64,000 bases of DNA from Eubacteriales bacterium. GTDB taxonomy: Bacteria > Bacillota > Clostridia > Oscillospirales > CAG-272. How positions within the stretch are numbered: the first letter of the stretch is position 1; each line of letters begins with the position of its first letter. The DNA lies in assembly GCA_045532215.1 (NCBI GenBank), contig JAZSFM010000033.1:2128-66127 (forward strand), in the 5' to 3' direction. A program made the position numbers and the translations under genes. This document shows, in pieces, positions 38,479 to 47,385 of this stretch. A model generated the notes under the pieces. The model was given only the letters and a program-made list of their open reading frames with translations. It did no database searches and was not told where the DNA came from.

Positions 38479-39849
38479 TTATTTTCCTTCGGCAATCTGT
38501 CTTGCAACGTATACGCCGCTGGCGGATGCGTGCGAGAGAGAGTGGGTGATGCCGCTGCCGTCGCCAATGATATAGAGACCGTCGTATTTTGTTTCGAGGT
38601 GCTCGTTGACCTTGACTTCCATATTGTAGAATTTCACTTCTACGCCATAGAGAAGCGTATCATCATTTGCGGTACCGGGGGCGATCTTATCAAGCGCGTA
38701 GACCATTTCGATGATGCCGTCGAGAATACGCTTGGGGAGAACCAAACTCAAGTCACCGGGGGTAGCATTGAGTGTGGGAGTGACAAAAGACTCCTCGATT
38801 CTCTTTGCTGTGGAGCGTTGACCGCGAATGAGGTCACCAAAGCGTTGCACAATAACGCCACCGCCAAGCATATTGCTCAAACGTGCGATCGATTCGCCAT
38901 AGCCGTTAGAATCCTTAAAGGGTTCGGAGAAATGCTTTGCAACAAGCAGTGCAAAGTTTGTGTTTGCCGTGTGCTTTGCAGGGTCCTCATAGCTGTGTCC
39001 GTTAACGGTAATGATGCCGTTGGTGTTCTCATTAACAACCGCTCCGCGAGGATTCATACAGAAGGTGCGCACCTTATCGCCGTACTTGGGCGTGCGGTAC
39101 ACAATCTTGCTTTCGTAAAGCTCATCGGTCAGGTGAGAGAAAACCTCTGCGGGAAGCTCGACGCGTACACCGATATCTACGCGGCTCGACTCGGTGGGAA
39201 TATCCATCTCGCGGCAAACATTCTCCATCCATTTGGAGCCGCTGCGTCCGACAGAGATGATACACTTCTCTGCCGTATATTCCTTTTTGCCGCAAAAGAT
39301 GCGGTAGCCGCCTTCCTCGCGTGCAATTCTATCTACGGGAGTGTCGAAGAAGAACTCCACCTTATCACGAAGATGATTATAGAGGTTCTCAAGCACCACG
39401 TAGTTGATATCTGTGCCAAGATGGCGAACCGATGCATCGAGGAGATGCAGGTCGTTTTGCATACAGATCTTCTTAAATTTACTGCCTGCAGTGGAATAGA
39501 GTTTTGTACCCTCACCACCATGAAGCATATTGATCTCGTCGACATATTTCATCAGATCGATTGCCTTTTGCTTGCCGATGTATTGATAAAGCGTGCCGCC
39601 AAAATCGTTGGTGATGTTATATTTGCCATCGGAAAAAGCACCCGCGCCGCCAAAGCCGCTCATAATGGAGCAGGATTTGCACTCGATGCATGTTTTGATC
39701 TTTTCACCGTCGATGGGACATTTGCGCTTTGCGAGGGCATGTCCTGCTTCGAAAACGGCAATTTTGAGCGAGGGATTGAGCTTTGCAAGCTCATAAGCCG
39801 AAAAAATTCCGCCGGGTCCCGCTCCGATAATGATAACATCGTAATTCAT
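38479..39849 (-). CDS. NAD(P)/FAD-dependent oxidoreductase (COG2509-like, 456 aa)
   Basis: N-terminal dinucleotide fold YDVIIIGAGPGGIFSAYEL. GGAGGA SD. Confidence 0.75.
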   Translation of the reverse strand: MNYDVIIIGAGPGGIFSAYELAKLNPSLKIAVFEAGHALAKRKCPIDGEKIKTCIECKSCSIMSGFGGAGAFSDGKYNITNDFGGTLYQYIGKQKAIDLMKYVDEINMLHGGEGTKLYSTAGSKFKKICMQNDLHLLDASVRHLGTDINYVVLENLYNHLRDKVEFFFDTPVDRIAREEGGYRIFCGKKEYTAEKCIISVGRSGSKWMENVCREMDIPTESSRVDIGVRVELPAEVFSHLTDELYESKIVYRTPKYGDKVRTFCMNPRGAVVNENTNGIITVNGHSYEDPAKHTANTNFALLVAKHFSEPFKDSNGYGESIARLSNMLGGGVIVQRFGDLIRGQRSTAKRIEESFVTPTLNATPGDLSLVLPKRILDGIIEMVYALDKIAPGTANDDTLLYGVEVKFYNMEVKVNEHLETKYDGLYIIGDGSGITHSLSHASASGVYVARQIAEGK

Positions 39850-39908
39850 ATATTTCCTCCAAAAAGGTTTTGACAGTAAAATACGGGCTTGCGCCCGTTT
39901 CCTATCCT

Positions 39909-39937
39909 ATTATACCATATCTTTACGCACTTGTCAA
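39909..39937 (-). promoter_or_regulatory. Promoter of the FAD oxidoreductase gene
   Basis: On the minus strand: TTGACA (39937-39932), 17 nt, TATAAT (39914-39909). The leader carries the hairpin ACGGGC-GCAA-GCCCGT. Confidence 0.7.
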
Positions 39938-40067
39938 GGGGGGATTTCACAACACCAACGTTGCTCGAAATCCTCCCTTTACACAAGAAATCCTTTTATC
40001 CGTTCACCTAAAGCGCAACAAGACGGTCACCCTGCGGTGACCGTTTAACATTATTTATCATCTTTTT

Positions 40068-40376
40068 TTAATTTTTACTCTTGTTCTCTTTGATGCGGAC
40101 AACAAAATTGAGGTTGATAAGCTCCATAGAACCGTTCTTTCCTAAGAGGATGGCATTTTCGGTTACTTCCTCAACAATGCCCTTGAACTGGTTATCCATG
40201 GAGTAAATGGTACATTCTTTACCAATAAATCTTTTTGCGAGTTCAAACATTTTGGTGTTTTCCTTTCTTGTTTGTTTCAAAATTTGTTGCATGAGTACCG
40301 TTTTGCGACGTCGGTTTTGATTGCTGAATATCACAAACCATAGTAGGAAAATCGGTAAATACGTTGAATATTCCAT
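40068..40376 (-). CDS. Hypothetical protein with an N-terminal transmembrane helix (102 aa)
   Basis: ORF track only. Confidence 0.45.
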   Translation of the reverse strand: MEYSTYLPIFLLWFVIFSNQNRRRKTVLMQQILKQTRKENTKMFELAKRFIGKECTIYSMDNQFKGIVEEVTENAILLGKNGSMELINLNFVVRIKENKSKN

Positions 40377-40394
40377 TCTGTCACCTCCGCCAAC

Positions 40395-40781
40395 TCACTC
40401 TGTTTGGTCGGGAGCATCGGTTGGTTCAACCTTGGCTTTCTTTTCTTTTTTCTTCTTGCCCATGAGTGCCTCTTTGGCCTTTTGATACATCTGTTGCAAA
40501 ACAGCCAGCGTTTTTTCGTCCTTTGGGAAAAACCATTTCAAAAAAGCAATGGCAATGGGAACGGTAATGAGCTTTTCGGGCGTGAACGGAAGCCAAAGAA
40601 ACGCCAGATAGGTGGTTCCCACGGCGAACATCCAGCCGATGTCGTAGAATGTACCAACACCAATAAAAATATAACACCAACCGTTGGTAATCATCCATGC
40701 CAAACCAAAGCAGAACAAGAAGCGAGGGTTCAAGAGAAATTGTATTATCTTTTTGAGTTTTTCTTTGATTTTTTCCTTCAT
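40395..40781 (-). CDS. Hypothetical membrane protein with a Lys-rich C-terminal tail (128 aa)
   Basis: ORF track, with three hydrophobic segments. Confidence 0.5.
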   Translation of the reverse strand: MKEKIKEKLKKIIQFLLNPRFLFCFGLAWMITNGWCYIFIGVGTFYDIGWMFAVGTTYLAFLWLPFTPEKLITVPIAIAFLKWFFPKDEKTLAVLQQMYQKAKEALMGKKKKEKKAKVEPTDAPDQTE

Positions 40782-40901
40782 TTTCTCTTCCCCCTTTCTT
40801 TTTTGAGTTCTCTATATTATTATAGCATAGACATAGCAAAATGTAAATAAGAACGGCAAAATTTTCTCAAAATTTTGCCGTTCTTATTGATATATCGTTG
40901 C

Positions 40902-41252
40902 CTACGGATTTCCGTTTGCATCGGTTTTGACAACCGAGAACACGTTGAGCACCTGACCGGGCAAAGAAAGTGCAACCTTGCCGTCAAAAGAGATGCGCAA
41001 ATGGTCGCCAATCTTATATTTGGGACAGCCCTCAATGTTGGTGTTAACAATAATTTTTTCGCCAACATAGAAATTGCCGTTGCCCGTGTGGGTGACTTCC
41101 ATCAGGCACCCGCGTTCTTCAATGTCAATCACCTTGCCCGTAAAATAAGGGTTTTCGGTATCCAGCTCTTCAGGCGTTGTGGGTTGCTTTTTGCAAGCAC
41201 AAACGGCCAATAAACAAGTCAGCACCAAGCCAACCAACAAAACTTTTTTCAT
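40902..41252 (-). CDS. Small lipoprotein (116 aa)
   Basis: Start trimmed to MKKVLLVGLVLTCLLAVCAC (signal peptide plus lipobox). AAGGAG SD. Confidence 0.65.
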   Translation of the reverse strand: MKKVLLVGLVLTCLLAVCACKKQPTTPEELDTENPYFTGKVIDIEERGCLMEVTHTGNGNFYVGEKIIVNTNIEGCPKYKIGDHLRISFDGKVALSLPGQVLNVFSVVKTDANGNP

Positions 41253-41398
41253 AGCATAAAACTCCTTTGTTTTTGTCGAACCATATAGATTATACCACAA
41301 AACTGTCGAAAAGTAAATAGGATAGCGCGATTTTGTGAAAGTTTCCTTTCTTTCATTTTATCGGACAATATTTCAAAAAAACAAATCTTCGCAACTTT

Positions 41399-41660
41399 CT
41401 ATATGTCATCCTGAGCGAAGGAAGGCGTGAGCGCCGACCGAAGTCGAAGTTTTTTCGAGCGAGGAGCGAGGAAAAACCAAGGAGCGATAGCGACGATGGG
41501 ATCTCTTAACGAGTTTGTGTGGCTTGCCACAACAAATGTAACTTTTCCTTTGAAAAGCCACCGAGACTCGTTACGAGATCCTGCAAATCGCTCTGCGCTT
41601 TGCGCTTTCACCTCGTTCCTCACTCGGTGAAAGTTCGACTCCGCTCAGGATGACATATAG
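41399..41660. mobile_element. 262-bp foldback (MITE/REP-like) element with 19-bp perfect terminal inverted repeats
   Basis: CTATATGTCATCCTGAGCG (41399-41417) and CGCTCAGGATGACATATAG (41642-41660). The interior halves are also imperfectly complementary. Confidence 0.7.
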
Positions 41661-41756
41661 TAGCATAATTTAGTTATAGCCATTAACCCCCTACAAAGCA
41701 AAACGCCCCCCACCGAAAACGATGGGGGCGATATTTTCATCATAAGTTAGAACATC

Positions 41757-42005
41757 TCATTCTTTGTTCTCGAATTGGTTGAGCCGTTCTTCCAAAGTCT
41801 TCACTCTCTTTTCCAATGCCTCTATGCTCTCCCCGAAGGCAAATAAAAAAATTGATAAAACCAATGCGGCTCCTATTTCAATCAAAATCGGGTCACCGCT
41901 TTCAAACAATTTCCATCCACCGAAAAACACGATCAGATAAATGACCAAAAAGCAAAGGACAAATACACCCGCCCACTTCAAAAGACGCTTCATTTTGTGT
42001 GTCAT
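41757..42005 (-). CDS. Small membrane protein (82 aa)
   Basis: ORF track. Two hydrophobic helices and a charged C-terminal helix. Confidence 0.5.
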   Translation of the reverse strand: MTHKMKRLLKWAGVFVLCFLVIYLIVFFGGWKLFESGDPILIEIGAALVLSIFLFAFGESIEALEKRVKTLEERLNQFENKE

Positions 42006-42036
42006 AAATTATTTCTCCTTAACGTTCAAGTCGGTT

Positions 42037-42399
42037 TTATTGACTGCCCAAAATCTCTTGCTGGCGTTTTTTGCTAAAGCCCTTGAGGATGAGGTTATAG
42101 GACTTATCCGCCATCTCTTTGAGCAATTCGTCGGGAACCTTTCCGTCGGGCTTGACAGAGTTCCAATGGATCTTGTTCATGTAAAAGCCCGGGATGATAT
42201 CCTCGTATTGCTCGCGCAAGAACTCGCCCTCAAGAGGATCGAGCTTGAGTGTGATGTAGTAGGGCTGATCGCGGTCATCCAGACACACAGCCAAAAACAT
42301 TTTGTCGCCGATCATATAGCGAACCCAGTTCCAGTTCTCAGTGTTTTTCGTCACACCCGGTTTTTGCATCAGGTATTCATCAAGCCACGTGTATCGCAT
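42037..42399 (-). CDS. MmcQ/YjbR-family protein (120 aa)
   Basis: GDKMFLAV...YMNKIHWNSV...SYNLI pattern is typical of YjbR-like proteins. Confidence 0.6.
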   Translation of the reverse strand: MRYTWLDEYLMQKPGVTKNTENWNWVRYMIGDKMFLAVCLDDRDQPYYITLKLDPLEGEFLREQYEDIIPGFYMNKIHWNSVKPDGKVPDELLKEMADKSYNLILKGFSKKRQQEILGSQ

Positions 42400-42416
42400 A
42401 GATCTCTTCCCTCTCT

Positions 42417-42662
42417 TTATTCAAGATTTCTCAGGTTGTCGATTCTCTCGGAGTTTTCGGATGCCGCCCACTCTTTGAGCGTCTCACAAGGAAATTGTGG
42501 GCATTTTCCGCAGTGCTCCTGCCCTTTTTCGGCGTTGCATTTGTAGAGGTCACATTCGCCCCAAAAGACCTTTCCCTCGATTGTTTTGCAGCCCTTGCAG
42601 CCTTGCTCGACCTTGAACTTGCAGGAATCGCAGTCGATTCCGCAGATAGAATAGTTTGCCAT
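42417..42662 (-). CDS. Cys-rich small protein (DUF3795-like, 81 aa)
   Basis: MANYSICGIDCDSCKFKVEQGCKGC...CGKCPQFPC. GGAGGG SD. Confidence 0.55.
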   Translation of the reverse strand: MANYSICGIDCDSCKFKVEQGCKGCKTIEGKVFWGECDLYKCNAEKGQEHCGKCPQFPCETLKEWAASENSERIDNLRNLE

Positions 42663-42695
42663 GTTAATTCCCTCCAAAAAATTTAAGCTGTTAGA

Positions 42696-42860
42696 TTACT
42701 TCTCCTTCACAAACAGAGATACAACTCCGCAAGCAACGCCGCCAAATGCAAATATGATGGAGAGAAGCTCCGGTAATTTGCTGCTGTTCCCCATCCCGAA
42801 TGTATTTAACCAAATGGCAAAAAGCAAAAGGATGCAACCAAAAATCGGCAGTTTTTTCAT
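42696..42860 (-). CDS. Small membrane protein (54 aa), below the ORF-track size cutoff
   Basis: Hand translation MKKLPIFGCILLLFAIWLNTFGMGNSSKLPELLSIIFAFGGVACGVVSLFVKEK. GGAGGTG SD upstream. Confidence 0.5.
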   Translation of the reverse strand: MKKLPIFGCILLLFAIWLNTFGMGNSSKLPELLSIIFAFGGVACGVVSLFVKEK

Positions 42861-43228
42861 ATAGATTCACCTCCGTTTTGTAAATTCAAGTTTATCTATC
42901 TGTTACATTATATCATAAAATTCCCGAAATGTAAATAGAACAATAAGAAAAAATGAAACATTTTGCCCACGCTACCCAATGCTACATTGCTTTGTATGCA
43001 GAAGAAGTCAGGATTACAAAAACGGTATTGTCTGCTTTGTTTTTAGAATGCTTTCAAACTTTATAAACGCCACCTGCTTTTTATCGTTCTAATGAAAGCT
43101 CACTTAAATTAAGATTGTATTTTCTATTAAAACTTTCTGTTGTTAGAAAAATGGGGCAAACAAATTGCAGGCAAAAGTTCAAAAGTTTATTTTATGCTCT
43201 AAAATTTGTTGAAAAAACGTAAAATTTC

Positions 43229-43257
43229 TTGAAAAAAAGTAAAATCTGTGCTATAAT
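43229..43257 (+). promoter_or_regulatory. Strong promoter of the AT-rich two-gene cassette
   Basis: TTGAAA (43229-43234), 17 nt, TGCTATAAT extended -10 (43252-43257). The -35 region is duplicated (TTGAAAAAACGTAAAAT / TTGAAAAAAAGTAAAAT at 43208 and 43229). Confidence 0.7.
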
Positions 43258-43290
43258 GGTCACATAATTACAAATTGGGGGAACTTAATA

Positions 43291-43590
43291 ATGATTATTA
43301 TACAAATGAAAAAAGATAACGATGTTTTGAATATCATAAAAAAGCAAAATTTTGAACAATTGAATATAGAATTCATGGAAAGTAATTCTTTAGGATTCGA
43401 TTCTATTATTCAGATTTTCATTCCAATTTCTTCTATTCTTGCTCCTGTTGTTTCATCTATAGTTAGTAAAGTTTTGGAAACAAAGAAAATCATTATTAAA
43501 TACAAGGATGTTGAAATATCTGCTGGTTCATACAAAGAGTTTGAAAAGGCGTTACAACTAATTGATAAACAAAAAAATCATGAAAATTGA
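43291..43590 (+). CDS. Hypothetical small protein with a central hydrophobic helix (99 aa)
   Basis: ORF track. IIQIFIPISSILAPVVSSIVSKVL. Very AT-rich codon usage. Confidence 0.55.
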   Translation: MIIIQMKKDNDVLNIIKKQNFEQLNIEFMESNSLGFDSIIQIFIPISSILAPVVSSIVSKVLETKKIIIKYKDVEISAGSYKEFEKALQLIDKQKNHEN

Positions 43591-44704
43591 AGAACTAATT
43601 AAATTAACAATATTGGAACACCCGTGTCCTAGAATACTTGAAAATGCAAACTTATCTATTAAATATGAAACTTTTGCCCAAAAACAGGGGGTTAGTTTTA
43701 TGGAAACGTATAGTACTTCTGTTTTCCCAAGGCTTGTTTCTAATATACAAAAACAGGAATACTGTTTAGTTTGGGATAATCATTTTTGGGATTTGTATCA
43801 ACACTTTCTGTTAGCCATAAAGGAAATAGAGTTGAACAGAATGAATGATATTACATCATATGATTTTTTCGCTTCAGTATATAATATTTTCTTGTGTACG
43901 AAATTTTATAGGCAACCCTTTCTCTCACTAGTCTTTGCGAAATATTATGCTGCTACAGGATTTTTTGTGCCACCATATTATATAGAAAATGCTATAACCC
44001 ACAATTTAGACTTGCATGATGCTACTCGATGCTTGCGGTATTGTAAAGATTTTGTGTTTTTTCATGAAATTCACCATGCTCTATATCAGCAACAAAAGGA
44101 AGAAAAAATATTAAATTTCGCATTTATTAGACAAGAGTGTGAAATTTTAAAAAAATCATCATTGCCGCAGGAAACACAAGACTTAATACAAAATTTTCTA
44201 AATATGTCCGACGAGGTCTTACTAGAAGAACTTTGTTGTGATGTGAATAGCATATGTTCTGTTTGCTATCTATTTTCAAATAATGGTTCATATTCTAAAG
44301 ACATCACCGAAGATATTATAAAATCTATTCGTCTTATAACACTTTTTATAAACAATCTAAAAAGAATGGAGATAGTGTATAACCAATATCCTAAAACAAA
44401 GGACTTTGATGCTCTCTCAGAAAGTAATACATTTAAAAACAGCATTATCGAAAAAGAAATAAGAAATTATGTGGTGTTTTTTATTGCGAGAAAATTGATG
44501 GGATTTTATACCGACTTCAATTCGGATTCTGATTTTTTCCTTAACGACAATATGTTTTATCAACATTATCGCCCATATTCGGACATACTCCACCCTGACC
44601 ATATAGAAAAAGTATATACTGAAGCAAAATTTTATTCAAAAAACTTTAGTCCATCCGAATGTTCTATCGCCAGAGATATAATTATAGGTTGGCATAAAAG
44701 ATAG
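43580..44704 (+). CDS. Hypothetical HExxH-motif protein, putative metallopeptidase-like (374 aa from the ATG; the ORF track offers a TTG at 43562)
   Basis: FFHEIHHALY motif with acidic EELCCD about 45 aa downstream. Its start overlaps the end of the upstream ORF. Confidence 0.6.
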   Translation: MKIEELIKLTILEHPCPRILENANLSIKYETFAQKQGVSFMETYSTSVFPRLVSNIQKQEYCLVWDNHFWDLYQHFLLAIKEIELNRMNDITSYDFFASVYNIFLCTKFYRQPFLSLVFAKYYAATGFFVPPYYIENAITHNLDLHDATRCLRYCKDFVFFHEIHHALYQQQKEEKILNFAFIRQECEILKKSSLPQETQDLIQNFLNMSDEVLLEELCCDVNSICSVCYLFSNNGSYSKDITEDIIKSIRLITLFINNLKRMEIVYNQYPKTKDFDALSESNTFKNSIIEKEIRNYVVFFIARKLMGFYTDFNSDSDFFLNDNMFYQHYRPYSDILHPDHIEKVYTEAKFYSKNFSPSECSIARDIIIGWHKR

Positions 44705-44737
44705 ATTTTTGACAAACTTATAGAAATGGATGAAAAT

Positions 44738-44770
44738 CCCCCGAAAACCCAGTGTTTTCGGGGGCGTTTT
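44738..44770. terminator. Bidirectional terminator between the cassette and rpsI
   Basis: CCCCCGAAAAC-CCAGT-GTTTTCGGGGG, followed by CGTTTT. Confidence 0.8.
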
Positions 44771-44780
44771 GAACAAATAA

Positions 44781-45182
44781 TTATCTCTTGGAAAATTGAG
44801 GTGCACGACGTGCAGCTTTGAGACCGTACTTCTTTCTTTCCTTCATACGAGGATCGCGAGTAAGGAAGCCTGCTGCCTTGAGTGCGGGTCTGTACTCTGC
44901 GTCTGCTGCAACGAGAGCACGAGCGAGGCCGTGGCGGATTGCGCCTGCTTGACCGGAGATACCGCCGCCGTTTACGGTTGCGATAATATCAAACTTACCT
45001 TCGGTGCCGGTTACGCCAAAGGGTTGGTTAACGATGAGCTTCAAGGTCTCGAGACCGAAGTAATCGTCGATGTCACGCTTGTTGATGGTGATAACGCCGG
45101 TGCCGGGAACGATGCGAACGCGAGCAACGGACTTCTTTCTTCTGCCGGTTCCGTAGAAATAGGGCTTAGCACTTGTATACAT
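44781..45182 (-). CDS. rpsI: 30S ribosomal protein S9
   Basis: [19 protein letters not shown]...[16 protein letters not shown]. Confidence 0.95.
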   Translation of the reverse strand: MYTSAKPYFYGTGRRKKSVARVRIVPGTGVITINKRDIDDYFGLETLKLIVNQPFGVTGTEGKFDIIATVNGGGISGQAGAIRHGLARALVAADAEYRPALKAAGFLTRDPRMKERKKYGLKAARRAPQFSKR

Positions 45183-45207
45183 TCGTTATGTCCTTCCTTT
45201 CTCTTGA

Positions 45208-45636
45208 TCAAAACTCGTAAGCTTCGGGCTTTTGTGCCTCGTGCTTGTGAGCCTCGCCGGCGTAAACCTTGAGACGAGTAAATGCCTTTGCACCCAAGGT
45301 GTTCTTGGGAAGCATGCCCTTAATAGCGAGCTCCATTGCTCTCTCGGGCTTGGTTGCCATCATGGTCTTTGCTTGAACGGCCTTCATGCCGCCAATGTAA
45401 CCGGAGTGATGATAGTAGTATTTTTGTTCCATCTTCTTACCGGTAAGAACTGCCTTATCAGCGTTGATAACGATAACGAAGTTGCCGCAGTCCACGTGAG
45501 GGGTGAATTCGGGAGCATTTTTGCCGCGCAGAAGATCTGCAGCCGCAACAGCGGTCTTACCCATGGGCTTGCCTGCTGCGTCCAGAATGTACCACTTGCG
45601 AACTACATTTTCTTTCTTTTGCATAAATGTAGACAT
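45208..45636 (-). CDS. rplM: 50S ribosomal protein L13
   Basis: [20 protein letters not shown]...[10 protein letters not shown]. Confidence 0.95.
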   Translation of the reverse strand: MSTFMQKKENVVRKWYILDAAGKPMGKTAVAAADLLRGKNAPEFTPHVDCGNFVIVINADKAVLTGKKMEQKYYYHHSGYIGGMKAVQAKTMMATKPERAMELAIKGMLPKNTLGAKAFTRLKVYAGEAHKHEAQKPEAYEF

Positions 45637-45683
45637 TGTAGGGTTCCTCCAACAAAATTAATAGAATTTTTTCATGCTCGCAT

Positions 45684-45712
45684 ATTATAACATAAACAGG
45701 AACGCTTGTCAA
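45684..45712 (-). promoter_or_regulatory. rplM-rpsI promoter
   Basis: On the minus strand: TTGACA (45712-45707), 17 nt, TATAAT (45689-45684), preceded by CTTTTCAAAAAGGGG. Confidence 0.75.
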
Positions 45713-45903
45713 CCCCTTTTTGAAAAGTTTTTTTGATTTTTTAATTTAGCATTATGCAATCTCTGTTTTTCTCGTTTTTTCTCGTTTTTTCATATCATTT
45801 GCTCGCTCGTCACAAATAAAATTTTTTTTGCGATTTTTGTGAAAAATGACAAAAAAGAGGAATAACGGCAAAATCTCCGCTATTCCCTCTTTTTATTCTA
45901 TCA

Positions 45904-46362
45904 TTATGTATTCGTTTCGGAGTTCTCCTTGAGAACCTTCAATTCCTCAAGGAAGGAGTCGATATCCTTAAACTCGCGATAAACCGATGCAAAGCGCACA
46001 TATGCAACCTCGTCGCGCTCGCGCAGCTTGCGCATAACGATCTCGCCGAGGTCGGTGGAGGTAATCTCCTGACGCAGGGCGTTTTGAAGTTCTGCCTCGA
46101 TCTCGTTGACAAGAAGGACCGCATCCACAGGACGCTTTTCGGTCGCCTTGAGCACGCCTGCAAGCAACTTTTGCTTGTCGAACAGCTCCTTGCTGCCGCT
46201 CTTTTTGATAACGAAGATTTGTTGCATTTCGAGCGTTTCGAAGGTGGTAAAGCGCTTTTGGCACTTTTCGCACTCACGACGACGACGAATGCTGTTGCCC
46301 TCAACGGTGGGGCGAGAGTCGATTACTTTGCTTTCCGGAAAACCACAACCCGGACATTTCAT
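45904..46362 (-). CDS. nrdR: Transcriptional repressor NrdR
   Basis: [18 protein letters not shown]...[17 protein letters not shown] zinc ribbon plus ATP-cone. Start trimmed to MKCPGCG. Confidence 0.9.
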   Translation of the reverse strand: MKCPGCGFPESKVIDSRPTVEGNSIRRRRECEKCQKRFTTFETLEMQQIFVIKKSGSKELFDKQKLLAGVLKATEKRPVDAVLLVNEIEAELQNALRQEITSTDLGEIVMRKLRERDEVAYVRFASVYREFKDIDSFLEELKVLKENSETNT

Positions 46363-46467
46363 AACTGTGTTCCCTTGCGCCCGACGGTGCGGACGCTCCT
46401 TTTTTCCCAAATTCTCTATTAGTATATCACATTTTTTAGGATATGTAAAGAGTTTTTTGGATATTTT

Positions 46468-46734
46468 TTACGCATATTGCAATTCCTGCATCACGTCATC
46501 AAGTGCGCAAGGCGTCACACACCCCTCGCGAATGCAACAATAATGCCCAAATGCACGTGCAAGATCTGCCCCTGCTTCCGCCTCGCAAGTCTCCTCTCCA
46601 AGCGATATACGGATAAAATAACGGTGCATAACCTCGCCCGGCAACAGCAAAAACCGATAGGTCAACTGCATTCCTCCAAAATATACGTGATCTTCGCACA
46701 GCGCGATTGTTTGCTTGTGGATTGATCTCTCCAT
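46468..46734 (-). CDS. Hypothetical small protein (88 aa)
   Basis: ORF track. Loose resemblance to 62757-62993 (C-terminal C..(x)..P..L.DV motif). Confidence 0.45.
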   Translation of the reverse strand: MERSIHKQTIALCEDHVYFGGMQLTYRFLLLPGEVMHRYFIRISLGEETCEAEAGADLARAFGHYCCIREGCVTPCALDDVMQELQYA

Positions 46735-47088
46735 TGTCTTTTCCTCATTCTTTCATAATTGCGGCACAGATTTTGCCTACCATTATTATAACATAATGGA
46801 TTTTTGCCAAATCTTAACGGAAAAAGGGATATTTTGTCGAAATCGCACAGAGGTCTGCTTGCTTTCGTCCCGTGTCCTGCTGCCGTTACTCATAAATATG
46901 TAAGAATTGATGAATGGGATACCAAAATATTCACAAAAATTTTTTCGTGTTGCATATTTCGCTCAACGATATGCAATCTTTGCCACACTTGGCAAACATT
47001 TTGCATAGATTTTGGAGCGTTTTTATGGTATGATGAAGACAAGATCAAAAATATGCAAAAAGCATAAATATGCACTAAAGGAGATGCT

Positions 47089-47322
47089 ATGAAGCTCGCA
47101 AACATTCGGCCGCTCGGGAAATATTCCCGTCTGATTTTACATATCGAATTACCAATCACTTTGGGCGCGTCTCTGCTCTTTCTCTTTTCCTATCTCGCAG
47201 AACGCATCACCGCCCCTGTTTTTGCCGCGCAAGAATACGCCCAGCTGACACCCTATCTGCTCTTTCCCCTCATCATCACCGCTTTTAGTGTTCTGCTGGT
47301 GGAGAGATTGACGATGGAGTGA
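47089..47322 (+). CDS. Small membrane protein (77 aa)
   Basis: AAGGAG SD and two hydrophobic helices. Confidence 0.55.
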   Translation: MKLANIRPLGKYSRLILHIELPITLGASLLFLFSYLAERITAPVFAAQEYAQLTPYLLFPLIITAFSVLLVERLTME

Positions 47323-47350
47323 TTTGTTTATTTGTCAATGACCGTAAAAA

Positions 47351-47372
47351 GCGAGCCGCAAAAGCGGCTCGC
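47351..47372. terminator. Bidirectional terminator hairpin
   Basis: GCGAGCCGC-AAAA-GCGGCTCGC with an A-run and T-rich flanks, between convergent genes. Confidence 0.8.
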
Positions 47373-47385
47373 TTGAGTTGTTTGA

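Noticed and set aside
38122-39873. 583-aa plus-strand ORF, the second-longest plus-strand ORF in the track after the accepted 859-aa GTPase-NYN gene
   Set aside because: It is entirely antisense to the FAD-dependent oxidoreductase gene, which has a clear GxGxxG fold, SD and consensus promoter. The plus-strand ORF has no SD or recognisable motif. It is a shadow ORF.
41399-41630. 74-aa and 67-aa ORFs inside the foldback element
   Set aside because: They lie on opposite strands of a palindromic element and are near mirror images of each other. They have no SD and are typical spurious ORFs of REP/MITE-like repeats.
45637-45720. Possible ribosomal-protein L13 leader RNA upstream of rplM
   Set aside because: I could only see a promoter and a short leader of about 45 nt. 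I cannot verify the conserved L13-leader structure by eye, so this needs an Rfam scan.
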